Shown here: piece after piece, positions 53,305 to 64,000 of the stretch
Position numbering within the stretch: position 1 is the first letter of the stretch
Layout of the letters: every line of letters begins with the position of its first letter
NCBI GenBank assembly: GCA_023920165.1
Contig: CP089280.1
Location: forward strand, 310,001-374,000
Reading direction: 5' to 3'
DNA from: Curvularia clavata
Taxonomy: Eukaryota
Length of the DNA: 64,000 bases
Made by a program: the position numbers and the translations under genes
Notes under the pieces: generated by a model
What the model saw: the letters and a program-made list of their open reading frames with translations, nothing else
The model's database searches: none
What the model was told of the DNA's origin: nothing

Positions 53305-55722
53305 ACCACAAGGCCTATTTCTAGTCTCTGCTAGATCAAGGATTGTCAACAAGAACTTGGAGGGTCTGGTCAGGGTATTTGTGGCCGCTGCTGTACGGGG
53401 CCACGGGAGGTATGGGATCAATGAGATATCGGCAGTATCACTAAGATTGGGGTTTCGATTAGGGGCTGTGCTTGTATATTCCTTTGGTTGTGCTTTTGAT
53501 GTGGGTTCTGGTGGTTTGGAGCGAATCGTACGTGTTTCAATGAAACGTCATCGAGAGACTTCGCCAATTCGCTGGTGCCCAAGTGATGTTTACTAACTGA
53601 GAATTTCTCTGAAAAGCCTCTATGCGATAAAAGGACGCTTGTGATGAAGTATCAGTGGCATGAGATCAAATATTGAGCAAAGACACTGTGGAAATAAGTG
53701 CGGACCACCAATAGGAAATTAGAACTGCAACAAGCATACGCAAAATGAGAGAAGAGGGGCCTACAAGAGCAAAGAGGAGGATAGGTATCTAAACGCAACT
53801 ATCTTACAACTACATTTGAATAAGCACCAAAAATATCATACATAGTCCTATACCTTGATTCGATTACCCAAACAGGAACTATGGCGTACCCTGGCACACT
53901 CTGCTCCTAAAAGGTCTAAACAAGCAATAACTAACGGTCTGGGCGCACTAATTCTCAATTTAAACTTCAATGTCGAAAACTTCTGCCCACTAGACGTTGA
54001 TTCTTGCACTGTTCGAACCAGTCACGATCCCAATATATTGTATTGGCACACGGAACAAAAAAAGGCACACATACCCAAAAATGTGGAATCCAGCACACGC
54101 ACACTCACGCACAAAAAAAAAGCTCAAGCTCCCGCCCGTGAACTTCATACTTTCTTTTCCCACCTCCCTCTACACCACCCCAACCATCCTCAGCACCGCT
54201 ATGTCCACGACACCCACCCACTCACCTACGAACGCGTCAGTGCCTCGCGCATCCCTCTTCCCAACCAACAGCGTCATCATCCGTACCACCTAAAATAACC
54301 ATACACGCTTCATTCAAGCAAGCACAGTGGAATCTGACTCAGCCGTTTTTTTCTCCACACTCCTCCAAAGTCTCTTCCTTACACCGTCTTGCATACTTAC
54401 CTACTTGCAAAGTAAATATCACCTCAGAGCGCTATGTCGCGATACTCCCTTTTATTTTCAAAAAGTATCTTTCCTTCTACTAGCATCTTACGGCCGCAAG
54501 CTTTGGCGCACGAATCAAGTGTGAACAAGAACGAGTTTAGTTTTAGTTTACTTTTCTAGGCGTTCCCAAGACACGAAAACACACAGACACAGACAAAAAG
54601 ACTGAACGAGGAAAAGGGCGTTGATCGTTCGGTCCGGGATAAGGGGGGGTTTTATGTACATCGAGGCGAGGGAAGGGGTGCTTGATACCCCTGCGCGGGG
54701 GCTTCAGAGTAGGGAGGTAGTTACGGACGTAAGTGTAATTATATTTTTTTTTTTTCACCAAAACGCCTGGGACTGGGGGAGGGGAGCTGAGAGCGCGGCA
54801 TCGCACTTAGATAGTGGCTGTTAAAAAAAAGAAACCCAGGAGATAAAGACGGGCAAGGTGATGAAAAAGGAAAGAAAGGGGTGAACGCATGACGATAATG
54901 GAACATGTATGCTAGTAGGACTGACTCGAACAGGCAGGAGGTAGGCGGTTGGGGGCCGAGGAAAAGCAAAGATTATGACGGAGGTATTGGTCGGGGAAAG
55001 GGAAAAGGGCAGGGAAGGGGAGCAGGGGAGAACATAGATGAGGTTTGAAGTTGAAACAGTGGTAGCCAGAGTGGGGTAATGAGGATATTTGTCAACGGTG
55101 GTAATGGGTTTAGGGTGGAGTCGCAAGAATGCAATTGTCGCTAATGTGGAACACTCGATTTGTACATGTGTAAATGCCGTGTATGATTATTCTGTGTGCT
55201 TGGCCACCGTCAAGAAGAATACCACTATTATAATTTTCATCGACACATCTAGAAGATGATTACTTGTGTGTCCAGCAGCCTCTAACCTCATCACTCGACC
55301 AGAGTGATCAATGGGCCCCCTCATTCTTTCATAACCAACGTAGTAGCCCAAGATATGCAGATACTATAACGAGAAACCCTCCAATATTGAAACATAGTAC
55401 ACGATACCCTCCCACCCAGCAGAAATAACATATGAAATCATGCCGAGAAAAAAAGGGACCTGGAAATCTTCACAACATGTCCAGACCAGCCTAATGAAAG
55501 CTGCTAGTGTAGAAAAAGAAACTGAGCAGAATAGCGGCAGTGGGTATCAAGCCACGGATTATAGCCAAAAGAAAAAAGCCCTAGCCAAGAAACAACATGG
55601 CGGTATAGCTCTGGAAAAAAAAGAATATCGTCGTGGAATAAGAAAAGGAAACAAAGGAAACACGCTAGAACGCGAGGGGCTGTTGACGTGAAGCTCAAAG
55701 GAACTAGAAAGCGCGGGGACAT

Positions 55723-58476
55723 TTAGTATGTTCCGCCCAGGCTGTTCCATGCAGCCAAGACATCTTCGCTAACGCTATCTCTATCGTCGTTGGCGACGCG
55801 GGGAGTGGTCGTAATGCAGTCTGGGCTGAGATGGCGCGACCTGGTTTTGCCTGCACTGTTGATATAGGTGGAACCATGTGACGATGTACGCGACCCTGTT
55901 GAATGAGGGCTGCTCTGCCGATTTCGTGTCTCTATGCTCCCAAGTGCTACCTCACTAATGTGCCTTACGGTCTTTTTCTGTGGCTTCGGAGCTGGTGGCT
56001 CAACGATACTGGGTGGACGGGACGAGCCTTCCGATACTGAAGCCAGGTCGCGGAAACTGTGCGAGGTAGGCGGAACAGGAAACTTGATTTCGGCATCACT
56101 AGATGCGGTTCGACGGCGTCGATGCGCACCGAGTTCGCGAGATGAATCGGACTTGATACTCTCTGGTGGCGCGCCAATAACGCCTTGGTCGAGGACCGGC
56201 ATGTCGTCTAGGTCGTTGCTCGTATCACTGTCTGCTACTTTGACATCGACGTCACGATCACTGACATAGCGAGCAGGCGTCAAAGGCGACGGCAAAGGCG
56301 ATGGGTGATCAGTGGTAGTAGGTGATGTTGCGCCTGCAGCAGGCGTAGGAGAACGGGGCGAGGAAGGATGCAGCCCTGAAAACTCATGCGATGCCATGAA
56401 ATGAGGTGACCTCCCTCGGCTGGCCGGAGAGTGGTTACGGTCCGACCAAGCATCGCTTATAGAGCTGTCTCGAAGTTGACTGGCACTGACAACACTGTTG
56501 ACTTTTGCTGACCTGCCACGCGCAGAAGGCTGGTGTGGTGCTGACGCGCTCGATGTTGTGCGATCTCTTGACATGGTGTCCATGCGCACAGGACTTGATT
56601 CAGAGGGACCCGATTTGCCATGCCCATGTTGCTTGTGGGCTTCACCTCCTGACGCCTGTGATCCACAGTGTTTGTGCATGGCCGCACGCTTTTTTCTCAT
56701 AAGTTCCAGCAAGGCCTCCTCCTCCGCGGTGACCTGCATGAACCTCTGAGACGTATCGGTTTGCGGCTGTGGCGCACTGGCTGAAGTACGGGAACTCATT
56801 ACACTGCGGTTCGATGGCGACGCGGGCTCATCAAAAGCAATCTTTGGACGAGAGTCCTCATCTTCAAGGATCACGGATGGCTGTCGCATATGGCTGGTCC
56901 GTCTGCCACCGCTATAGGTGCGGTTGCGTGAATAGCGATGCGTAGGCAAAGGTGGTGGTTCAGGCGTGTACATGATGTCAATTGTCGCAGCATTGGTGGA
57001 TGTAGAGTAGGTACTCATCTTCCCTGCAGAGTGCTGACGACGGTGCGGAGAACGCATGTCAAACGTTTGGGCGCGTCCAATGACAATGTCTCCAGTGTAA
57101 TCCGTACTGTCCACGCTCTGGCGGTTCAAAGCGTTTCTGGATTCAAACTGGCCCGAGTCACCTTCATCTTCGGAAGACGAAAACGACAAGACACTCGAGT
57201 CCTGAAGATTGGTCTTTGCAAGTAGGGACTCTTTGGTTCTCGACGAGGTCTGCGAGTGATATGTGTTGACCGAGTACTGGCTAGGCGAGGTCAAATGACG
57301 TAGGTCGACAATATCCTCGAGCGCAAAACTATCCCTTTTGTACGTCGCTGGCATGTTTTGCGACCGCGAGCCGTATGACGAGTTTCTCGTTGATTGGGAG
57401 GCGTTAGCCACAGGGGCATTGCGGGTTGACGAACCATGTGCGCGGACAGCCCGCGGAGCCGATGTTTGCCTCATTTCCTCGGGATTCTCGTCACTATCCT
57501 CGTCAAGCGCATCGAACCAATGTTGAACCCCCTTTGGTGGACGACGTACGTGCACTTTGGCATTGTCGTACTCATCCCTCTCGACAATGCGGACCGGGCT
57601 TGATGGTCGGCGTGATGAGGGCTTGTTCTTCTGTAATTTGTTGGGTGTTGCCTGTGGAGTCCGGTCTCTGGATGGAGAGCGATGGAAATATTCAGAGTTC
57701 ATCGACATGGCGGCAGGCGAGTTGACCATCTTGGCCGGGGAGAGCATTGCGTTGCCATGGCGCTGGTCCCAGCTGTCCTTTGGCTTGGGAAATAGCCGCG
57801 AGAGATCCAGCCGTGCAGGTTTTCCCTTTTTATGTTCCTTCTTCCTTGCTTCGTCTAGGATGACGGGCGAAATTGGATTCGCCACATAGCCATCGTAACC
57901 CTTATCAGTCAGTACTGGGGTACGCCCTCTTCTGAGGGCCCGATCCCGGATCGCCGAGTCAGAGGTTTGCTGGGAGATGGACAAGGGTGAGTTCTTCGCA
58001 TCGTAATGCGATCGAAGGGTTGAGTTGGACGTCTGTGGATGTAGTCGATGGCTGGATGCGCTGTGGTCGAAGCCCCACTTTCTCTCCCCAGAGTATATTC
58101 GCCCCAGCACGTTGGAAGATGGCTGTCTAGACATGGGGGGCCGTCTCGTATCGTCTGCTGTCGACACTGAATGCCAATCGTCTACGTGTGAGCCAGCACT
58201 CGTCTCCGATATGACGACTGATATAAACCCAGGGCTCGGTGGCGGTAATGATGGTGTCGGCGTCGAGGGGTGTAAGGAGTTGGAGGTGCCTAGAACCTCG
58301 TGTGCCTTACTGGTTGGCTCTTCGGGACGAGAGGGTCGTATAGAGCCAGAGATGGAGGGAGGTATCGAGCGGGCGTCAGTATCATCCTCGTCGTCGAGGG
58401 GCTTTTGAATTCTAGTTCGCGATCGGCGAGGTAGAGGGAAGGAGAACTTCTTTGGTCCGCGGTCGCTGCGAGACAT
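55723..58476 (-). CDS. Hypothetical Ser/Pro/Arg-rich, largely disordered protein (917 aa)
   Basis: Long uninterrupted ORF with short motif-like islands (RLDLSRLFPKP, VRRPPKGVQHWFD, VTAEEEALLELMRKKR, SVSEDVLAAWNSLGG). Confidence 0.8.
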   Translation of the reverse strand: MSRSDRGPKKFSFPLPRRSRTRIQKPLDDEDDTDARSIPPSISGSIRPSRPEEPTSKAHEVLGTSNSLHPSTPTPSLPPPSPGFISVVISETSAGSHVDDWHSVSTADDTRRPPMSRQPSSNVLGRIYSGERKWGFDHSASSHRLHPQTSNSTLRSHYDAKNSPLSISQQTSDSAIRDRALRRGRTPVLTDKGYDGYVANPISPVILDEARKKEHKKGKPARLDLSRLFPKPKDSWDQRHGNAMLSPAKMVNSPAAMSMNSEYFHRSPSRDRTPQATPNKLQKNKPSSRRPSSPVRIVERDEYDNAKVHVRRPPKGVQHWFDALDEDSDENPEEMRQTSAPRAVRAHGSSTRNAPVANASQSTRNSSYGSRSQNMPATYKRDSFALEDIVDLRHLTSPSQYSVNTYHSQTSSRTKESLLAKTNLQDSSVLSFSSSEDEGDSGQFESRNALNRQSVDSTDYTGDIVIGRAQTFDMRSPHRRQHSAGKMSTYSTSTNAATIDIMYTPEPPPLPTHRYSRNRTYSGGRRTSHMRQPSVILEDEDSRPKIAFDEPASPSNRSVMSSRTSASAPQPQTDTSQRFMQVTAEEEALLELMRKKRAAMHKHCGSQASGGEAHKQHGHGKSGPSESSPVRMDTMSRDRTTSSASAPHQPSARGRSAKVNSVVSASQLRDSSISDAWSDRNHSPASRGRSPHFMASHEFSGLHPSSPRSPTPAAGATSPTTTDHPSPLPSPLTPARYVSDRDVDVKVADSDTSNDLDDMPVLDQGVIGAPPESIKSDSSRELGAHRRRRTASSDAEIKFPVPPTSHSFRDLASVSEGSSRPPSIVEPPAPKPQKKTVRHISEVALGSIETRNRQSSPHSTGSRTSSHGSTYINSAGKTRSRHLSPDCITTTPRVANDDRDSVSEDVLAAWNSLGGTY

Positions 58477-61400
58477 GATGCATGAACACGTTGAGAGCCG
58501 AAAGGAAGGATAGTGGCTTCGGTCCTAGTGGAGCCGCGACTCAGTAAAGTTAGGGACAAACTGGTAGGGACTGAATCGCGGCGCGCGCTGATGCCGTCAC
58601 CCCAATTCCCGAATAAGGTCTGGGTTAAGCCGAAAGCATATTGTGTGCTATCGTGAACCGGGGGGCAGGCAGGACATGCGGGCGAGCGGGGGGGGAGTTT
58701 GCTTTTTGGCGTGGTGCGAGGGCGCGATATGCGGTGGATAATGTAGGTACAACAAGGACGACGGAGAAATCCAAAGGGTTCAACAGCGGGCCCCTACTTG
58801 GCCAAGTTGCGCAAGACGCTAATCCGTCGTGGGATGGAGTGTTATCTGCAGGAACGGCAGCGCAAAAAGACCGAGCAGTACGATGTCATGAAGAACCGGG
58901 CGATGACGGAAAGGCTGCGGATGAGAGGATGGTGGGTGCAGTTTTGCGAGCGACCCAGGACGAAGGCGAGGCTTGCCAAACAAAAAGAATTGAGGGCAGG
59001 TATAGCACCAGAGTATTAAAGCCCATGGATTTGCTAGAATGTCGCGCTTGAGAGAGACGGCCGTCGCTCTGGTAGGATCCGCGTGGTAGTCGGCGCCAGG
59101 GGTGTCAGCCGGAAGATGTGCGGATCGCCCCCCTGCACCAGCTTGCCAGCCAGCCCTGCACGGCTCTGCCAGAAGCCACTGCTTCATGACAGGCCGAGTG
59201 TATACAAGAGGAGGGCTTGGCGTCGTCTTGTGTCACCAGACGATATCGGCAGCCATGGTTCTGTGTATCAGGGTGGACATGTGCATGCAGCAGCGGGAGC
59301 CGTGTTCATTGCTGTACCAGATAAATTGCGCGCAGTAGTGTAGAAAGTAGATGGTTGAGGCCGCTATAGTTCAGCGTACCGAACCTTTTTGCGCCGTACG
59401 AAGCTTCCGTGCGTTCCTGGCGTTGCGCTAGCCAGCTCCGATAGGTATAGCAAGGGCCATGGCGACTTGAGGCTGTTGAGCGCTTTGACGCCTGCCTCAG
59501 TTGTCGATGGCATGATATATAAATACATTCCCTGGCAATTTCCACACCTGGCACATGTACGAATGTCCCTTGGGTTCTGTCGCCGTGCTCGTGTTCCCCG
59601 CAAAGTTTGGTCGACCCCTAATTGACGACGACGAGCGGGAGGCGGCATTGGGCCCAAGCCAGCGTGTTGGCTCGTATGGAGGCAAGTGCAGTACTTTACA
59701 GGAAGGCAATGGAGCTGCCAAGCCACGTGGCTACGAGCAACTTTTTGAGATTTGAAATATTGATTTGACCCGATGAGTGTGGGGTCTCTGGTGTGCGGGA
59801 GATGCTCACAGCTCAGGGGGTGAGTGTGGCATGCACCCTGCGATCAGCGCATGCTCTTCGGCGTCGTGGTGATCCTGTGGGCTCTCTCACGATGATCATG
59901 AACATGTTCGTCTTGCTGATGGGCGCAGTGGATCCGGATGTGCGATGGGCTTTGAGTCTGACGACGCTCGTTCCCCTGGAGTCTGGACTGCGCTAGACCT
60001 TGCGGGGACTGTCTTGGTGGTGGTAGTCGTCGTTAGTTGGCAAAAGGTAGCTCTTTTGGAATGGAGGCTCGCTCGGGACTCGAGCACCTCGCCCACCATG
60101 GGCCGTCGTGTGTTTCACAGCGGGCATGTGAATATTGTCAAATACTGCCACTTTGCTCGAGAGGGTTAGCTCGAGCACGTGATCAGAGTTGACCATGGAG
60201 ATGCCGTGTTGTGAAATTGCGAGCGTCAAACACTGGTAGTGAAACACTTGCAAACTCATTCCCTGTGTCACAAGTCTAATTCACTGCGAAGGTTTGGTGG
60301 CCTCGGAGGGTTTAAGCTTGGCGGTTAAGATGTGCAGAGGCGGAAAGACGAATATCCGCGAGTTGGGCTGCAAGCAGTGTGTTAAGCTTTGCGAAGACTT
60401 GAAACAAATAGCACGATGGCCCTTGGTCGAAAGCATCTTTATTGTAGATCGACTGCAGGAGCTTGCAGATTGTCTCTGCCAACATGAGATGGAACGACTT
60501 GGTCACGCACAGCCTGGTATGTCAGAAAAGCCGAGCTTACAGTGTTGACTGTGTTGTGAGCCGTGGCGTGAGGGAGCATACTAGTGGCGAAAAGGTGAGG
60601 CTGACCATGTGTGCGGACAGAAGACGGTGAGGTCAAGATGGGATGGCCCAGCGTACAAGAATGACGTCTTGGTTGCCGGCGTAGCTTCCCTATGAACGCT
60701 GTCTGCTGGCCAAGGGAAGGAGCGACGCATCGCCTTGAGACGTCAGCCTCGTCATTTTCGGACCAAGCAGACGATAACCGTTGGGAGACCTCACACGGTC
60801 TTCTATAAGCATCGTCAGCTCGATACTAGACCCTTAGGTGCATGCAAGTCGTGCAGTCGACTGACGCTCTCTAACCAGTGCCTAGTATTATTATTATTTT
60901 CCTGTCCTTCTCGCGACGTCCCACGTGCGCTGCAGAGGAGGCGTCGAGTGGCCGTGCTCGCCCCAGGCGCGCCCTTTTTTGACAGCACATACTGGGCGGC
61001 GCTTGTTGTTCGCATTTTTTTTCCTTGCCACAGTCGAGCAAATGGCGTCAGGATACTGCCTACATACATGGCACACATGTACATAATCAGGCGGATGCGG
61101 AATGGGCCCGACCAGGCCAGCCAGCCTGCGGGCTCACCTCAAGGCCGCACAGCTGGCTGGGTGCATGCAGCGACGGGCGGCTGGGCTGGGCCGGACAGAA
61201 GATAACACGACAAAAGCCAGTGCCAGCTCGAGAAGCAGTGCAATCAATCTTCAATGCATGCTGGCCGAGTTTTGCATGGAGATAATTTGCGGCGGCTGTC
61301 GACCGATGCGGCACCAAATTGACATGGCGGGAAGTCAGGATTAGGGTTAGCCAAGCTAGACCAGCCCGCCCTGCAAGTGCTCATGCCTTCGCTCGCTCGT

Positions 61401-61890
61401 CTGCTCTCCATAAACCCCACCACCCAACCAGCCCACCATACCGCCCGTCGTGATCCATCCGCCTCTTCTCTCGCTGCTCCCGCCGCTCCCCCACGTCCTC
61501 TCTCCCTGCTCCCGAGCTTCGCCTGCACGCCTCGACTTTGCCGGTCCTCCCATCCCGTCTCGGCCACCGGCGACACGCCTCACAGCACCCACCGCACAAG
61601 CACCAGAGACTACCAGTCCGCGTCCTGCGAACGCCTGACGACATGCACGATTACGCCTCCTGCTGAACCCCCGTCGTCTCTTCCCCGCGTCTTCCTGCTC
61701 GTGCACCTCCCCATCGCGCTGTGGCTGTGAGGCTCCAAGTCCCGCACTACCACCATCACCAACACCAAGGCTCCTGCGAGCCACTTGACCTGCCAGCGAG
61801 CCCACCGCCGCCCCTTGTGCCGCGAGAGTACTCGACGCAGCACGGCACAGCACGTCGCCTCCAGTCCACACCCCGTGACCTTTGTGCAAC

Positions 61891-64000
61891 ATGGCTTCCG
61901 CCTCGAGCGACTCCGGCCCCGGTGCTGATGGCGTGTCCAAGACGCTACACACCGACGCCACTGATCCCTATGCTACCATGGCACAGTTCTCCTTTGCACC
62001 AGCTACCAAGACCACGGTAGTCACCACCACGTACACAACAACCACGACCTTCCCGCCCCTGTGCGTAAACGCCCCCGGAAGCCTGGCCGAGCGAGACCCC
62101 AAAGACTACCCCTTGGCTCACGTACAGGCACCAGAGTCAATACGCAAGTTCTACTTTGAGTCTGGCGGCGAACTGGCTTGCTTTGAAGAGGCAGATGCTG
62201 CATCAGAGAGAGTCCGAGAGGTATGCTTTGCACAAGTCTAGGGATATGCCTGCAGCCGACGCCTTTTGCGTTACAGCTACTCATGTCACCACCTTCCTTG
62301 TCACCCCGATCTTGACTGACGCTTTAGTTGCAGCAGAGAACTCTCCACGAAACCCTCCGATCAAAGGGCAAACTCCAGAAAGTCGAGTCTTTCAACGGCT
62401 CTCCAGTCTTCGCCACTCCCAACCGCACGACGCGTCCCAGGATACGGCCACATCACCAAGGACTACGCTCCGTGTCTGCTCGCCGAAAACGAGAAAATGC
62501 AGATGAATCGTCACCGCCTCCGTCAATAAGCAGGGCTGTCGAGCTGGTTGGCATGCATCGTCAAAGCAAGAAGCCGAGGTTGGATCGCGACAAGGGGACA
62601 GACCCTGCCCAAATGGCCCCCAACGGTGCAACAGACGAGAATGAGGCTTCGTGTCCCGCCACGCCAGAAACACACAAGAGAGAGTCCAGCTCATCCTATC
62701 TTTTAAAATCACGACCAGGCCCTGCCTCCAAGCCCAGCCTGAGAGCTACATCCCAACACTTTGGACCCGGCAGAACGCCATCCAGGTGGCGCCTCCGGGA
62801 GTCGTCTGCTGGACCCGCGCAACCTGAAAATAATCCTCCCAGCCAGCGGGAGCACTCTCCAGAACATTCATTCCCAACAGGAGTCGTCGACGGCCCTGGC
62901 GTAGCGGCTACACCCCCAATTGCTGAGTCAGACCTGGAACCGGTTGGTCCTTTTGCTGAAGATGGTTCCTTTTCCGCCTCGAGGCTCGCCCCACTGGACA
63001 CGAATCCTTTGCAGGACGCCAGCCTACCGAGCCCCAGTCTGTCGCCCATCACCGCTGCAGCAAACCTTGCGCAGCAAACTAACAATGGCGCATCATTTTC
63101 GGGTATGGATATGGACGTCGACTATGACGCGAGCGAGCTTTCTGGACTCGACCTCTCCCAAGGTGAGTCCAGCAATTCGCACTCGGGCGACTTTGCTTTA
63201 TTTCCCTACGGCTCAAGACACGACGACTCCAATACCCAATTGCCGACACCCTCAATCATGGACATACCAAACATGCTCAACTCGTTTGATGCCCTGCCCG
63301 AGCAGATGAAGTCATATGTTCTTTATCAAATGCTCCGCCGGTGCAAGAAACCGACTTTACATTTCGTCGCCGACGTAGTAAACCCTGCTCTCAAACGTGA
63401 CTTTATCGCCTCGCTCCCCACTGAGCTGAGCCTGGAAATTATTGGCTACCTAGATGTCAAGAGCATGTGCAGCGCCGCACAGGTATCCAAGTACTGGCGG
63501 AAGTTGACTGACACTCATGAGTCCGCCTGGAAGGATCTGCTCGACAGAGACGGCTACAAATTGCCACACGGCGAACTGGAGCGAGCTGTACAAGAAGGCT
63601 GGGGATGGCAATACCCTCATTCTCCCGATAGCTATGAGCGCGACCTGAGGGCTCAGTCGGTTACTTCCAGGTCAGACAACGAAGCCTTTTCAGGCTTTTC
63701 CAGTTCAAATTTGTCTGGTGCTCTGCATGACCAAGAAGGTGCAGTGACTCGATCATCGTCAACTCGCCAGAAGAGGAAAGCCACCAGTAAGCATGGCAGC
63801 GGTAGTGGCAAGAAACAACGCAAGAACCGGGCTTGTACCAAGACACAGGCTGCGCTATATCTGTGTCCTGCTGACCTTCAGGAAGGGCCACACGCGTTCG
63901 CCAAGCGTGCGGAAGCTGCCATTTCCGATCCCAACGTGGGTCTACCCAGTCTGCGCACTATGCATCTCTTCAAATCCTTGTATCAAAGGCACCACATGAT
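61891..64000 (+). CDS. CDC4: F-box/WD40 SCF substrate receptor Cdc4 (5' part, runs off window)
   Basis: QFSFAPATKTTVVTTT N-terminus; intron 62221..62327. Exon 2 encodes KSYVLYQMLRRC..PTLHFVADVVNPALKRDFIASLPTELSLEIIGYLD (D domain plus F-box). Confidence 0.88.

Noticed and set aside
54000..55700. Purine/pyrimidine-skewed stretch with small hairpins as a possible ncRNA
   Set aside because: No snoRNA or snRNA boxes found; consistent with UTR or intergenic low complexity.

Overview
Gene-dense genomic DNA from a filamentous ascomycete (Dothideomycete/Pleosporales-like; short GT-AG introns with CTRAY branch sites). Conserved genes: a SET-domain methyltransferase, HIS5, cytosolic HSP70, an Sds3-like HDAC subunit, an Emi1/DUF3128 protein, VPS13, a DUF3429-like mitochondrial membrane protein, Dsc2, ERG27, glycerol kinase and the 5' part of CDC4. 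There is also an intron-containing tRNA-Glu(CTC) and a dispersed, divergent 5S rRNA gene. The highlight is an accessory-looking block at about 46.6-53.3 kb. In it a five-exon DUF3328/UstYa oxidase gene (two HxxHC motifs) is transcribed divergently from a spliced 59-aa secreted Tyr-rich peptide gene (YGx repeats, X-Pro/X-Ala pro-region), a candidate minimal fungal RiPP system, with an 8-Cys defensin-like gene nearby. Other notable items: a three-exon 52-aa Cys/His microprotein alone in a ~9-kb gene-poor region, and five ~74-bp repeats after the tRNA that appear to copy its 3' arm and terminator. All family calls come from recognising motifs by eye; no searches were run.
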